From: Gemmatimonas sp.
Lineage (GTDB): Bacteria; Gemmatimonadota; Gemmatimonadetes; Gemmatimonadales; Gemmatimonadaceae
DNA length: 64,000 nt
Reading direction: 5' to 3'
NCBI GenBank assembly: GCA_965279375.1
Contig: OZ257156.1
Location: 640,001 to 704,000 of the forward strand
This document shows, one piece after another, positions 40,713-51,689 of the stretch; within the stretch, counting starts at the first letter, position 1, and each line of letters opens with the position of its first letter. The position numbers and the translations under genes are program-made. The notes under the pieces were generated by a model, which made no database searches, had not been told where the DNA came from, and saw only the letters and a list, made by a program, of their open reading frames with translations.

Positions 40713-41270
40713 TCAGCCGGTGCTCGCCACCGGCTGCAGCCCAGTGCCAAGGTCCAGCTCCAGGAGCTTGCGCGACGGCTGCGGATCGCGGGTGAGATAG
40801 ATCTGCAGCCGCTCCACGATGCACGGCGCGGTGACGCGAAGTGCCAGCAGTTCACGCTCGGTTTGCGGCGTGAGCGTCGGGTAGAAGCTCAACGTGCAGT
40901 GTGGCGAGAACATGAACCGCGCCGGCCGGAACGGCAGCCCGCTTCGCGCGATGCGCTCGTGCAGCGTGCGCAGCGGGCCATGCACGTCGAGCGGCAATGA
41001 CACAATCTCGGTCTGCATGAACCGGTGCGGCGCGCCGAACTTGAGCGACATCGGTGCCGTGCTCGCGAGGATCGGCTCCAACGCGGCCCGGATACGCTCG
41101 GCAGGCGTGTCGGTCGGGATGGATCCGACGCCTGACGACCCCACCAGCGTGATGTGCGGCGGCGTGAGGCGCGCGAGCTTGGGATCGTAACGCTGCTGAA
41201 TCTCGCGCACGATCCGTCCTGCCTCGCCGGGAAGCTCTGCCAACACGAAGATTCCGAAAGACGGGGCCAT
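40713..41270 (-). CDS. 2H phosphoesterase (2'-5' RNA ligase family)
   Basis: Two HxT motifs: PHITL and PHCTL. Confidence 0.85.
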   Translation of the reverse strand: MAPSFGIFVLAELPGEAGRIVREIQQRYDPKLARLTPPHITLVGSSGVGSIPTDTPAERIRAALEPILASTAPMSLKFGAPHRFMQTEIVSLPLDVHGPLRTLHERIARSGLPFRPARFMFSPHCTLSFYPTLTPQTERELLALRVTAPCIVERLQIYLTRDPQPSRKLLELDLGTGLQPVASTG

Positions 41271-41277
41271 GAAGTCA

Positions 41278-42306
41278 ATGTACCGAGGTGTCATCGATCC
41301 GCAGAATCCAGATCCGGCCCTCATCGCAGAGGCAGCCGCGCTGCTGCGCGAGGGCGGACTTGTCGCGTTTCCGACGGAAACGGTCTACGGACTCGGCGCA
41401 CATGCACTCGATCCTGTGGCCGTCGCACGCATCTACACTGCAAAGGGACGACCAGCGTGGAATCCGCTGATCGCACACGTCGCGTCGGTCGCCGGAGCAC
41501 GCGCACTCACCGCGATCTGGCCCGAGACCGCTGAGCGTTTGGCGAACGCGTTCTGGCCCGGACCGCTCACGTTGGTGTTACCGCGCGCCGCGAGCGTACC
41601 GGACATAGCGACGGCTGGGCTCGATGCGGTGGCGGTGCGCATTCCCTCACACCCGGTCGCCTTGGCACTGCTGCGTGCGGCGGACATTCCCGTCTCCGCC
41701 CCCAGCGCCAACCGCTTCACGCAGGTCTCCCCAACCACGGCACAGCACGTCATCGATTCGCTGGGCGACCGGGTGGACCTCGTGCTCGACGGCGGGCCCA
41801 GCACGGTCGGCATCGAAAGCACGGTGTGCGACCTGACGGGCGACACTCCGGTGTTGCTGCGTCCGGGGATGATTTCGCGGGCGCAGCTGGAGGCGGTTCT
41901 GGGGTGCCCTGTGCGTTCCGTCGCTGCCGCCGTGAAGGCGCATGGCCAAGACACCGCGCCGCAGCGATCCCCCGGAATGGCCGACCGTCACTACGCGCCC
42001 AAGGCCGACGTGTGGCTGGTGGAACCGAGCCAGCGCGCGGAAGCGATGCAGGCGTTGGCAGCTCGTCTGGCGAGCGGCGCTCAGGGGGCGGTCGGGGCGC
42101 TACTCCTCGAGCCCGCAGCCTGGGCTGGAGCCGCGATCGATCGACCGGTGACGATGCCCGCCGATGCTGCGGAGTACGCGCGGCGGCTATACGCTGCACT
42201 GCACGCCGCCGATGCCGCCGGTACGACGTTGCTGGTGATCGAGCGGCCCCCGGAAACGGACGACTGGTCGGCGGTTCTCGATCGCCTCACACGCGCCGCA
42301 CGCTGA
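41278..42306 (+). CDS. tsaC: L-threonylcarbamoyladenylate synthase (Sua5-type)
   Basis: [44 protein letters not shown], plus SUA5 C-domain. Confidence 0.94.
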   Translation: MYRGVIDPQNPDPALIAEAAALLREGGLVAFPTETVYGLGAHALDPVAVARIYTAKGRPAWNPLIAHVASVAGARALTAIWPETAERLANAFWPGPLTLVLPRAASVPDIATAGLDAVAVRIPSHPVALALLRAADIPVSAPSANRFTQVSPTTAQHVIDSLGDRVDLVLDGGPSTVGIESTVCDLTGDTPVLLRPGMISRAQLEAVLGCPVRSVAAAVKAHGQDTAPQRSPGMADRHYAPKADVWLVEPSQRAEAMQALAARLASGAQGAVGALLLEPAAWAGAAIDRPVTMPADAAEYARRLYAALHAADAAGTTLLVIERPPETDDWSAVLDRLTRAAR

Positions 42307-42328
42307 TTCGCGGCGATACATTACAGCA

Positions 42329-43246
42329 ATGCTACCTATCGATCTCAAGGGCAAACGGGCGCTCGTCGCCGGCGTGGCGGACGACGGCGGATTCGGCTTT
42401 GCCGTCGCCAAGGCATTTGCAGAGGCCGGTGCCTCGGTCTGCGTGGCCACTTGGCCGCCGGCGCTGAACATCTTTCTGAACCTGCTCGAGCGCGGCAAGA
42501 TGGACGAGTCGCGCGTCTTGGCAGACGGCTCGATGTTCTCCTTCGAGCGGATCTATCCGCTCGACGCGGTCTACGACACGCTCGAGGACGCGCCCGCTGA
42601 TGTGCGCGACTCCAAGCGCTACGCCGGTGTCGGCGATTTCTCGATCGACGGGCTGGGCAAGCGCCTTGTCGAGGATTTTGGCCCGCAGCCGTTCGATATC
42701 CTGTTCCACTCGCTCGCCAACGGTCCCGAGGTCAAGAAGCCGTTGCTCGAGACGAGCCGTAACGGCTACCTCGCGGCAGTGAGCGCCAGCGCCTACTCGC
42801 TGACCTCCATGGTACAGCGCCTCGGCCCGCTGCTGCGTCCCGGCGGATCCGTCTGCTCGCTGACGTACATGGCCAGTGAGCGCGTGATTCCGGGCTACGG
42901 TGGTGGCATGTCCTCCGCCAAGGCGGCGCTCGAGAGCGACACGCGCGTGTTGTCGTTCGAGGCGGGGCGCAAGTTCGGCGTGCGCGTCAACACCATCTCC
43001 GCGGGACCGTTCCCGTCGCGCGCAGCCAGCGCCATCGGCATCATCAACAAGATGGTCGTCTACTGCACAGCCAATCAGCCGCTCCCCGAAACGCTCTCCG
43101 CGGCTGAAGTCGGTAACACCGCGGCATTTCTCGCGAGTCCGCTGGCCAGCGGCATCAGCGGCAGCACGGTCTATGTCGATAAGGGCTATCATGCGATGGG
43201 CATGGCCGTGACGATGCCTCCCGGTTCGGAGCCGCTCGGCGCGTGA
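42329..43246 (+). CDS. fabI: Enoyl-ACP reductase (plant/chlamydial type)
   Basis: [35 protein letters not shown] and VNTISAGP motifs. Confidence 0.93.
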   Translation: MLPIDLKGKRALVAGVADDGGFGFAVAKAFAEAGASVCVATWPPALNIFLNLLERGKMDESRVLADGSMFSFERIYPLDAVYDTLEDAPADVRDSKRYAGVGDFSIDGLGKRLVEDFGPQPFDILFHSLANGPEVKKPLLETSRNGYLAAVSASAYSLTSMVQRLGPLLRPGGSVCSLTYMASERVIPGYGGGMSSAKAALESDTRVLSFEAGRKFGVRVNTISAGPFPSRAASAIGIINKMVVYCTANQPLPETLSAAEVGNTAAFLASPLASGISGSTVYVDKGYHAMGMAVTMPPGSEPLGA

Positions 43247-45879
43247 ACCTGTCCCCTTCCGGCCCACGCGCCAATCGCTGGGAGGGAATTCGGCTCTATC
43301 TGCTCGGGCTCGCGCTCTTCGGTGCGCTGCCCCTCGTCCTGCTCAACCTCTTTCGCGTCACCTCGCGCAGTGAGGAGCTCAAGCAGGACGAGCGCGCGGA
43401 GACCGCGCGTATAGCCCGAGCAGTCGCAGCGCGTCTCGACGAACGTGTCCGCACCGTGGACGCGCTGCTGCTCGGCGTGTCGACGTTCGTGAAGCCGACG
43501 GCCGAGCATCGCGCGTGGAACGACTCGCTGCTGCAGCGCGCCTTCCGGAATTCTGAGGGGCGCTATGGCAACCTCGTGCTGCTCGACAGTGCGGGGACCA
43601 TTGTCGGAAGCGGCATGCTCGGTGCCCGCGTGCTCCGGGACAAGGGCGCGTACGCGGAGCGCGGCTATTTCCTCGCGGCGAAGCGCAAAGGCGGCTTCGT
43701 GGTGGGCGAAGCGCGGCGGTCGCAGAACCTCCCCGACAGCAACTGGGTCGTGGTGCTCGCACGCTCACTCAACGACGAGCAAGGGCGCTTTCTCGGTACG
43801 GTCAGCGCCGCGGTGCGCCTCGACACGATCACGGTGGTCGAAGATCCGATCTGGAAGCTGAGTGAACCGCCGGTCATCACCATCATCGACACGGCCGGCG
43901 TGGTACTCGCCCGCTCGAAGGATGCGAAGAAGTTCGTCGGGCAACGTCTGTTCGCCGGCGGATTTCCCACCGACTCGAGCGGCACCGGCATCTATACGGG
44001 ACTCGACAGCATCGAGCGGCTGGTCAGCTTCGAGAGCGTGCATGCGGCGCCGTGGCAGGTGAATGTCGGCGTGCCGGTGTCGGCCATCGGCGCCGAGTCG
44101 GGGCGCATGCAGCTGGAAGACTTCGCGCTGCTGGTCGTCGCGATCAGTGTCACCGTGCTTGTTGGTTATCGCGTCGGACAGCGGATCACGCGTCCGATCG
44201 AGGCACTCGCCGAAGATGCGCGCGCCCTGGCGCGCGGTGCGGTCGCGACGCGCGCACGCGTTTCCGGTCCACGCGAAGTCCAGCTGCTCGGCGAAGCGTT
44301 CAACCAGATGGCCGAAACGGTCGAGCGACGCAACGCATCGCTGGCCGACAGCGAGCGGCGCTATCGCATGCTCTTCGACTCCAACCCGCTGCCGATGTGG
44401 GCGTGGGATGCGGAGACGATGCAGCTGAGCGCGGTCAACGAAGCGGCCGTCGAGAAGTACGGCTATAGCCGAGAAGACTTCCTGATGCGCCGCATCGTCG
44501 ACCTGCTCGATCCGAGCGAGTACGAACGGTTCTCGTCGGCACGATTGCCATTCATGGAGTCCCGCCAGACGGCCGGGCACTGGATGCATCGCAAGTCGAA
44601 CGGCGAATTGATGGAGATGGAGGTCGTCACCACGTCATCGCGTCGCCTCGGCCGCGACAGCTGGCTCTCCGTCGGCATCGACGTCACCGCACGACGGCAG
44701 GCCGAGCGCGCACTCGCGCTCAGTGAAGAGCAGCTGCGGCAATCGCAGAAGATGGAAGCGATCGGGGCCTTCGCAGGCGGCATCTCGCACGACTTCAACA
44801 ACCTGCTCACCGGAATGTTGGGCTACTGCGACCTCGCGCTGACCGAGCTCGAGCCCGGCGGCCCCGTGCACACGGATGTGAGCGAGATTCGCGCGCTCGC
44901 CATGCGCGGCGCCGATCTCACGCGGCAGATCCTCGCCGTCAGCCGCCAGCAGGTGGTGCAACCGGTGCTGCTCGACCCCAACGATGTGGTACGTGGCCTC
45001 GACCGATTGCTGCGCCGACTGATCGGCGAACACATCGAGCTCGAGTCGGTACTCGGCGACAATGTTGGCACCATCCGCGCGGACGCAGGCCAGCTCGAGC
45101 AGGTGCTGCTCAACCTCTGCGCCAACGCGCGCGATGCGATGCCGCGTGGCGGCGAGTTGAGCATTCAAACGGCGAATGTGTCGTCGAGTGAGGCAGCAGC
45201 CTACGGACTCGACACTGCGTCACCGTGGATGGTGATCTCGGTGCGGGACACGGGCGAAGGGATGAGCGAAGATGTGCGTCTCCGCATCTTCGAGCCGTTC
45301 TTCACCACGAAGGAACGCGGCAAGGGAACCGGACTCGGCCTCGCCCTCGCGTATGCGATGGTCGATCAGGGGAACGGCAGCATTCGGGTCGAGAGCCAGC
45401 TCGGTGTCGGCACGACGTTCCGTCTGTTCTTCCCGCAGCACGACAATGCGCCCCATGGTCCGGTGTCGGAGGCGGAAGATGAGATTCCGTTCGATGGTAC
45501 CGAAACGATTCTGTTGGCTGAGGATGAGGACAGCGTTCGCGCCGTGGCCGCCACGGCGCTCGAGCGCTACGGCTATCGCGTGCTGGCTGCACCGGATGGC
45601 GAGGCGGCGCTGTCGATTGCGCGCGCATATCCGGATCAGATTCACATGCTCCTCACCGACGCGGTGATGCCGCGCATGAACGGTCGCGAACTTGCGGAAC
45701 GCGTAGCCACGATGCGCCCGGCGATCCGCGTGCTGTTTGCGTCCGGCTACACCGACGACGTCTCGCTGCTGCACGGCATTCGCACCGACGAGCTGTCGTT
45801 CCTGCAGAAGCCGTTCACGGCGCGTGAACTGCTGCGCCGCGTTCGCAGCGTGCTCGACAGCCCGACGCGAGTCGGTTGA
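43243..45879 (+). CDS. Hybrid sensor histidine kinase (TM-Cache-TM-HAMP-PAS-HisKA-HATPase-REC)
   Basis: SHDFNNLL H-box, [27 protein letters not shown]...LLTDAVMP...QKPF. Confidence 0.93.
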   Translation: MNLSPSGPRANRWEGIRLYLLGLALFGALPLVLLNLFRVTSRSEELKQDERAETARIARAVAARLDERVRTVDALLLGVSTFVKPTAEHRAWNDSLLQRAFRNSEGRYGNLVLLDSAGTIVGSGMLGARVLRDKGAYAERGYFLAAKRKGGFVVGEARRSQNLPDSNWVVVLARSLNDEQGRFLGTVSAAVRLDTITVVEDPIWKLSEPPVITIIDTAGVVLARSKDAKKFVGQRLFAGGFPTDSSGTGIYTGLDSIERLVSFESVHAAPWQVNVGVPVSAIGAESGRMQLEDFALLVVAISVTVLVGYRVGQRITRPIEALAEDARALARGAVATRARVSGPREVQLLGEAFNQMAETVERRNASLADSERRYRMLFDSNPLPMWAWDAETMQLSAVNEAAVEKYGYSREDFLMRRIVDLLDPSEYERFSSARLPFMESRQTAGHWMHRKSNGELMEMEVVTTSSRRLGRDSWLSVGIDVTARRQAERALALSEEQLRQSQKMEAIGAFAGGISHDFNNLLTGMLGYCDLALTELEPGGPVHTDVSEIRALAMRGADLTRQILAVSRQQVVQPVLLDPNDVVRGLDRLLRRLIGEHIELESVLGDNVGTIRADAGQLEQVLLNLCANARDAMPRGGELSIQTANVSSSEAAAYGLDTASPWMVISVRDTGEGMSEDVRLRIFEPFFTTKERGKGTGLGLALAYAMVDQGNGSIRVESQLGVGTTFRLFFPQHDNAPHGPVSEAEDEIPFDGTETILLAEDEDSVRAVAATALERYGYRVLAAPDGEAALSIARAYPDQIHMLLTDAVMPRMNGRELAERVATMRPAIRVLFASGYTDDVSLLHGIRTDELSFLQKPFTARELLRRVRSVLDSPTRVG

Positions 45880-45919
45880 CACGAATGTTCCGGCGGCGCG
45901 CGTCGCTGGTTGGAGTCTG

Positions 45920-46453
45920 ATGTACTGGATCCTGTTCGTGATGGGAGCGATCGCCGCACTGGCGATAGCGCTGATCGTCGGTGGGCTCGTGACGGCGCGC
46001 TCGCACGTGGCCGCACGCGAGGTCACGCTGCGTGTGCCTGTCGATCGCGCGTGGGCTGTGGTTCGCGACGTTTCGCGATATGCGGACTGGCGCCCCGAGC
46101 TCGATTCATCTGAGCTGCTCGACGACGACGCGGGACTCGAACGTTGGCGGGAGAACTCGCCAGCGGGTTCAGTCACGTTCGGGATCATCGAGGATGTGGC
46201 GCCCACGGCATTTGGCGCGCGCATGCTCGACGAAGACGTGTCGCTGCGTGGTGAATGGCGATGGCAGCTGAGCGAAGTGGACGGCACCACTCGCGTGCGA
46301 CTCACCGAGCACGGAGAGATCGGCAATCCGATTGCGCGCTTCGTGGCCGCGCACATGACCGGCCACACGCACGCGATCGATCGGTATCTGCGCAACCTTG
46401 CCGTGCATCTCGGGCAGCCGGAGGCACACATTGGCGACAGTCCCCGGAGATGA
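45920..46453 (+). CDS. SRPBCC family protein with N-terminal TM
   Basis: WAVVRD...WRPEL, GEWRWQL, TRVRLTEHG. Confidence 0.82.
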   Translation: MYWILFVMGAIAALAIALIVGGLVTARSHVAAREVTLRVPVDRAWAVVRDVSRYADWRPELDSSELLDDDAGLERWRENSPAGSVTFGIIEDVAPTAFGARMLDEDVSLRGEWRWQLSEVDGTTRVRLTEHGEIGNPIARFVAAHMTGHTHAIDRYLRNLAVHLGQPEAHIGDSPRR

Positions 46454-47720
46454 GCCGCCGCGCGTAGTTGATCGTTCGAGTCGAGTGGGCCGATTCTGGC
46501 GAACACTTGGACCGGGGCTCATCACCGGTGCGGCGGACGACGATCCCTCAGGCATCACCACCTACTCGCTGGCTGGCGCGCAGTTCGGCACAACGCTCTT
46601 GTGGATGCCGCTGGTGTCCTTCCCACTGATGTGGGCGGTGCAGCTGATGTGTGCGCGCATCGGCATGGTGAGCGGCCGCGGACTGATCGCGGCAATGCGC
46701 CATCGGTTTCCACGCCCGGTGCTTTTCGCCGTCTGCGCAGCGCTCGCGATTGCCAACGGCATCAACATCGGTGCTGATCTTGCCGGCATGTCGGATGCGG
46801 CCGAGTTGCTGAGTGGCGTGAATTCGCACGTGTGGGTCGTCGCGTTCGGCGTTGGTATCACGCTGACCACCGTTCGACTGCGCTATGCCCAGGTGGTGCG
46901 CGTACTCAAGTGGCTGTCGGTGGTGTTGGGCGCCTACTTCGTCACGGCGATGATTTCGCGCCCCGATTGGCGTGTTGTCGCGCACGATGTGCTGATCCCC
47001 GTATTTCCGAGCGGCGGCGCAGGATGGGGCATGGTCGTCGCCATTCTTGGTACGACGATTTCGCCTTACCTCTTCTTCTGGCAGGCCTCGCAGGAGGTGG
47101 AAGAGGAGAAATCGAAGGGGCGCATGGGCCACGCGCGAGGCGGTGCGAGTGCGGCGGAGATCAGTGCGCGCACAATCGATGTAGGCGTAGGCGCGCTCGT
47201 CGCCACGTTCTCGATGTTCTTCATCATGCTCACCACTGCGCTCACGTTGCATGCGCGTGGCATCACCAACCCGTCCACCAGCGCCGAGGTTGCGCAAGCG
47301 CTCGAACCGCTGGCTGGACGTGCCGCCATGCTGCTCTACACCGTCGGTGTGGTGGCCATCGGGCTCCTGGCCATTCCCACGCTCGCCGGCGCGACCGCCT
47401 ACGCCTTTGCCGAACTGCTGTCGCTACGTCAGGGGATCGACGAGCGTTTTCATCGCGCGCCCGCGTTCTACTCCATCATGGCGGCATCGGTGGCCGGGGG
47501 AATCGCGATGGATTTCCTGAACATCAACGCCGTGCGCGCACTCTACTGGACAGCGGTGATCAACGGCTTGCTGGCGCCAGTGTTGTTGGTGGGCATCGTC
47601 ATCATCGCCGCCGACGCCAAGTTGATGAAGGGACAGACCAGCTCGCGTTTTGCGCTCATTCTCGTGGGCATCACGGCCGTGCTCATGACGGCGGCCGGGG
47701 CCGCGATGGTCATCGTGTGA
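46431..47720 (+). CDS. Nramp-related divalent metal transporter
   Basis: GPGLITGAADDDPSGITTYS and GTTISPYLFFWQ motifs, about 11 TMs. Start uncertain (TTG 46431). Confidence 0.88.
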   Translation: MATVPGDEPPRVVDRSSRVGRFWRTLGPGLITGAADDDPSGITTYSLAGAQFGTTLLWMPLVSFPLMWAVQLMCARIGMVSGRGLIAAMRHRFPRPVLFAVCAALAIANGINIGADLAGMSDAAELLSGVNSHVWVVAFGVGITLTTVRLRYAQVVRVLKWLSVVLGAYFVTAMISRPDWRVVAHDVLIPVFPSGGAGWGMVVAILGTTISPYLFFWQASQEVEEEKSKGRMGHARGGASAAEISARTIDVGVGALVATFSMFFIMLTTALTLHARGITNPSTSAEVAQALEPLAGRAAMLLYTVGVVAIGLLAIPTLAGATAYAFAELLSLRQGIDERFHRAPAFYSIMAASVAGGIAMDFLNINAVRALYWTAVINGLLAPVLLVGIVIIAADAKLMKGQTSSRFALILVGITAVLMTAAGAAMVIV

Positions 47721-47768
47721 GCACGGCTTGTTTGCGAGGCATCACGACTTGCTGGTCGTGCCGCGCAC

Positions 47769-49178
47769 TCACGGTGCGCCGTGTCCCGCGTGCGCTCCGT
47801 GGTCCATGCCCATCCCGCCCATCGCCATGCGTGAAGGCCGCCAGCGCAGATACACGGCGCCGCCCAGCGGCGTGCGTGAGCCGTAGATCGCCTCGATGTC
47901 GGATGGAACGAGGTTCACTGTAGCGCGCCCGCCGAGTGCGAGCATGCCCGCCTTGCCCGCCACGAGCTCGCGGAGCACGCCGACGGAGATTGCGCCGACA
48001 CGATACGGCTCCGTGTGCGCCTCGGCCTCGCGCAACCGCAGCGCAATCGGCACGGGCAGCACCAACTCTTCCGCACTCTTCTGCACCATCTCCGCGCGCG
48101 CAAACACCGACGTGCGTCCGCGATAGTCGCGCAGGACTTCCGCCGACACGCTCGACGTCCAGTGTTCGCGCTCCACCGCGTTGGCTCCAACGATCAGCGC
48201 TACGCTGACCGTGCCGTTGTTCGCACGCGGACGCGAGACCAGCACCGACGCGGTCGCACGCTGCACGGACTCTCCCGGGTGAGAGACTTCAGCGTCTGGC
48301 ACGTTCGCATAGCTCGCGCTGAACGACGAGTACGCGTCAGGATTCACGGTCAATCGCGCGGCCATCGCGTCGAGCTTCGCGCGTCCGAGATCGAGATTGG
48401 TTCGGACGCCATCAGGCTCTCGGCCATTGAACAACGACGTCTCGAGTTTGACGCGTCGCGAGTACATTGCGCCGGTGACGACACCGAAGCTGATGTGCGT
48501 GGCATCCTGCCAGTGATGCGCGATCGTGGCGAACGGATCGGCCATTGCGGAGGGGCGATGCGGAAAGGCGACTGGGCCACTCGCGGGTTCGCCGACGGGT
48601 GCCGCGTAGAGCTGAAACGCGAGATTCGGCGCGATCGCGCGATCGTAGATCGCCGCGAACTCCATGAAGAGATCGTGCGGATGCTGCCGATCGTGCAGCG
48701 ATTCACCTCGATACGACTCGCCCGTTTGCAGCAGCAGCGGGTAGCCACGGCCGCCCACCGTGAACGCGTCCACGCTCATCATGCCGCGCAGCTGCAACCG
48801 ACCGCCGGCAAGTGCGTGCGCGGCACCGGCCATGCCCCAGTTGAGACTGCCGACCTGCGTGTCTCCGCGCGGTCCACCCTGTGCGCTGACCTGACCGAAG
48901 ACACTGCCATGTGCCATGATGCCCCAGCCCTTTGCCGAGCGCATGACGCCATACATCGGTGCCGAATCGGGCAGCCATGAGGTGCCGGAGCCAGTGCGCG
49001 ACATGGGTACGTCGAGGGGGCCGCGCATCATGAGCGTCATGCCGTCTGGCCGCGAAGCCGATGACGCTGAGGATTGAGCCGCGATTGCCGATGGCGCGAG
49101 CGCGAGCGCGCAGATCGCCGCGACGCGCGCGCGCGTGGCGCGCAGGCGTTGAACGCCAGCGCGAATAGATACAGACAT
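47769..49178 (-). CDS. Putative outer-membrane beta-barrel protein with Met/His-rich ends (metal-related)
   Basis: Signal peptide, SGTSWLPDSAPM, DRQHPHDLFME, HHWQDATHI, C-terminal MAMGGMGMDHGAHAGHG. Confidence 0.75.
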   Translation of the reverse strand: MSVSIRAGVQRLRATRARVAAICALALAPSAIAAQSSASSASRPDGMTLMMRGPLDVPMSRTGSGTSWLPDSAPMYGVMRSAKGWGIMAHGSVFGQVSAQGGPRGDTQVGSLNWGMAGAAHALAGGRLQLRGMMSVDAFTVGGRGYPLLLQTGESYRGESLHDRQHPHDLFMEFAAIYDRAIAPNLAFQLYAAPVGEPASGPVAFPHRPSAMADPFATIAHHWQDATHISFGVVTGAMYSRRVKLETSLFNGREPDGVRTNLDLGRAKLDAMAARLTVNPDAYSSFSASYANVPDAEVSHPGESVQRATASVLVSRPRANNGTVSVALIVGANAVEREHWTSSVSAEVLRDYRGRTSVFARAEMVQKSAEELVLPVPIALRLREAEAHTEPYRVGAISVGVLRELVAGKAGMLALGGRATVNLVPSDIEAIYGSRTPLGGAVYLRWRPSRMAMGGMGMDHGAHAGHGAP

Positions 49179-49295
49179 GTTGGATGGATGGCCGCGCGCG
49201 TCCTGGGAGCGCGCGCGTACGTCACGAGAGACCGTCGGTCGTTGCGTCGGCAACGCCGACACGGATGTGTCAGGGCGCGGGTGCGCCGATCGACA

Positions 49296-49742
49296 TCAGG
49301 CTCGTGGCGGAGGCGACTCGACTTCGAGTTCGGCCGTCGTGAAGGCGAGCGGAACTCCCACGGGCGCTTCACGCGACACACTGATCGCGGAGAGCACGGC
49401 GACCGTGGTGGTCTCGGACTGTACCACCAGACCGCACGCCATCAGCTGCGCGCAGCCCGGCGCAGCAGGGTCGTGGTGCGAGACGGGTGCTGGCTCCGAT
49501 GAATTCTCAGGCGAATTCTCGGACGATTGCGTCGTCGCGTGCTGCTGATGCGACATCGACTGATGCTCGTGGTCCACCAGCGGCGTGTCCGTCGACGGAG
49601 ATCCGACTGACGTCGTCACGTTTGAAGTCGTCGCGTGCATGCACGGCAACTGCTGCCCGACGATCGAAATCGTGAGCAGCAGCGCAAGCATGGCGGCGAT
49701 ACGGCCGCGCCAGGCGACGAAGATCTGCGGCGGAAACAGCAT
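49296..49742 (-). CDS. DUF2946-like Cys/His-rich leader protein ending SPPPRA
   Basis: N-terminal hydrophobic segment then C, HEHQSMSHQQH, CAQLMAC, C-terminal ESPPPRA. Confidence 0.65.
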   Translation of the reverse strand: MLFPPQIFVAWRGRIAAMLALLLTISIVGQQLPCMHATTSNVTTSVGSPSTDTPLVDHEHQSMSHQQHATTQSSENSPENSSEPAPVSHHDPAAPGCAQLMACGLVVQSETTTVAVLSAISVSREAPVGVPLAFTTAELEVESPPPRA

Positions 49743-49789
49743 CGGAGAACTAATAGCGAGCGGCCACGGGTTCGTGCCAGCGGGCGTGA

Positions 49790-51013
49790 CTACTGCGGGA
49801 TGACGCGCCACAGCTCGCCACTATCGGTCAGCACCCAGAGCGCTCCATCCACCCCCTGTACCAGTGACCGATAGCGCGTGCTCGGCAGGCCGGCGTTGCT
49901 GTTGCCCACGGCCAGCCCCGCCGCGTCCAGCTCGAGAATCTCCACGCGCTGACCGGCCATGACCCCGACAGCGAGTCGGCCATTCCAAGCCTTCCACTGC
50001 GTTCCACTCAGAAACGTCGCCGGGCCGAGCCCCTGCGATGCGGCATTGTTGCGCCAGCTCGGCTCGAGCGCCGCCGGAAAGCGCGTCCGGTCGGTCATCG
50101 GCATCGTGGCAGAATTGCCGGCGTAACCGCAGTAGTTGGATGCGCAGTTCAGCGCCGGACGATTCTGCGGGTCCCAACCACCGTTGCCGCCGGCCACGAG
50201 CGGCGTCACCTCGTCGCTGTGATTCGGGCCATGCTCGGCGATGAATGGCTGACCCGTCCCCGGACGGAAGCTGATGCCCTGCACGTTGCGATGACCGTAG
50301 GTGAACACGCGCGCGTCGAAACCAGCCGGCGCACTGTTGCCCGCAGCCGCTGTGCCGTCTCGGGTGAGGCGAAGGACTTTGCCGCCGAGCCGCGTGGGAC
50401 TTTGCGGAAGCGACCCGTCGTGATTGTCGCCGGTGGTGACGTAGAGGAGGCCGTCCGGGCCGAAGCGAATCCGTCCGCCGCTGTGCACGCCGGCACCGCC
50501 GTGCGCGTTGCCCACGTCCTTGTACGGGATGTCCGTGACGATGTCGGTTCGCGAGAGCACCGTGGAAAACCGCGCATCCGTCTGCAGGCGAATCACGCGA
50601 TTGGTGCGCGGATTGGTACTGCGATTGGACGACATGTAGACGTAAACCCATCCGTTCGTGGCAAACGCCGGGTCGATGACAACGCCGAGCATGCCACTCT
50701 GTCCCTCGCAGACCAGGTCGGACGCGACGACAACGGAACCTGCGGTGCCGAACAGCCGCACAGCGGTCCCGTCGGCGCGTTTTGCCGTCAAACCGCGACA
50801 GCGCTCCGTGTAGAGCAGCGTGCTATCGGGCGCAAAGGCGAGGTCCCACGGATTCGACAGTCCATTGAGTACGAGGGTGCGACTGAGCGTCGGCACGACG
50901 GTGGACGTGGGCGGCGGCGGGACCGGAGTTACCGTCGGTGGCGCGGTGGCCGGCGTTTCGGCACCGCCACCGCACCCGATCAGCACTGCGGCAACCGCCG
51001 CGTACCGCTTCAT
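49790..51013 (-). CDS. PQQ-dependent glucose/sorbosone dehydrogenase family lipoprotein
   Basis: Lipobox LIGC, PWDLAF, HSGGRIRFGPDG, YGHRNVQG and EHGP..DE motifs. Confidence 0.9.
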   Translation of the reverse strand: MKRYAAVAAVLIGCGGGAETPATAPPTVTPVPPPPTSTVVPTLSRTLVLNGLSNPWDLAFAPDSTLLYTERCRGLTAKRADGTAVRLFGTAGSVVVASDLVCEGQSGMLGVVIDPAFATNGWVYVYMSSNRSTNPRTNRVIRLQTDARFSTVLSRTDIVTDIPYKDVGNAHGGAGVHSGGRIRFGPDGLLYVTTGDNHDGSLPQSPTRLGGKVLRLTRDGTAAAGNSAPAGFDARVFTYGHRNVQGISFRPGTGQPFIAEHGPNHSDEVTPLVAGGNGGWDPQNRPALNCASNYCGYAGNSATMPMTDRTRFPAALEPSWRNNAASQGLGPATFLSGTQWKAWNGRLAVGVMAGQRVEILELDAAGLAVGNSNAGLPSTRYRSLVQGVDGALWVLTDSGELWRVIPQ

Positions 51014-51552
51014 CAGTCACGCATCCAGTGGCAGGTGTACCCTCCCGGATTCTTCTGGAGGTAGTCCTGATGGTACGCCTCGCCGGAGTACCAGATGCTC
51101 GCCGGCGCGATCTCTGTGGTGATGGGCTTCTTCCACTTGCCCGAGGCGTCCACGCGTGCCTTCACCGCTGCGGCAGTCTCGGCTTGCGCCGGCGAGTTGT
51201 AGAAGATCGCCGAGCGGTACTGCGTGCCGATGTCGTTGCCCTGACGGTTGAGCGTGGTCGGATCGTGCAGCTTGAAGAACCAGTCTTCGAGGAGCGTCTC
51301 GTAGCTCAGCACGCGTGGGTCGAAGGTGATCTTTACCGCTTCGGCGTGCCCTGACTTGCTGTCGTGCGTGTCGTGGTACGTCGGGTTCTCGAGCCAACCG
51401 CCCGTGTAGCCGACGTCGGTGTCGATGACGCCCGGCACCGCACGCAGGATCTCCTCGACCCCCCAAAAACATCCGCCGGCGAGAATGGCCACTTCTGTGG
51501 TCTGGCCGTCTGCCGTGCTTGTCGCTCCCGTACCGCTTGTGTGCTCACTCAT
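51013..51552 (-). CDS. msrA: Peptide methionine sulfoxide reductase A
   Basis: GGCFWG, GYTGG, GHAEAV, HDPTTLNRQGNDIGTQYRS, EAYHQDY and GYTCH motifs. Confidence 0.95.
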   Translation of the reverse strand: MSEHTSGTGATSTADGQTTEVAILAGGCFWGVEEILRAVPGVIDTDVGYTGGWLENPTYHDTHDSKSGHAEAVKITFDPRVLSYETLLEDWFFKLHDPTTLNRQGNDIGTQYRSAIFYNSPAQAETAAAVKARVDASGKWKKPITTEIAPASIWYSGEAYHQDYLQKNPGGYTCHWMRD

Positions 51553-51689
51553 GAATCGATCCTGCTGTTTTGGTAAGGTCGTGCCGAAGAAGCGCTGAAA
51601 GAGAGCTGAAATCGCGCGAAACATGTGTTGGCGTCCCGGTGACGAGCGAACGATCGCCCCAGCCTGCATGGAACTGCTAGTTTTCCGGA

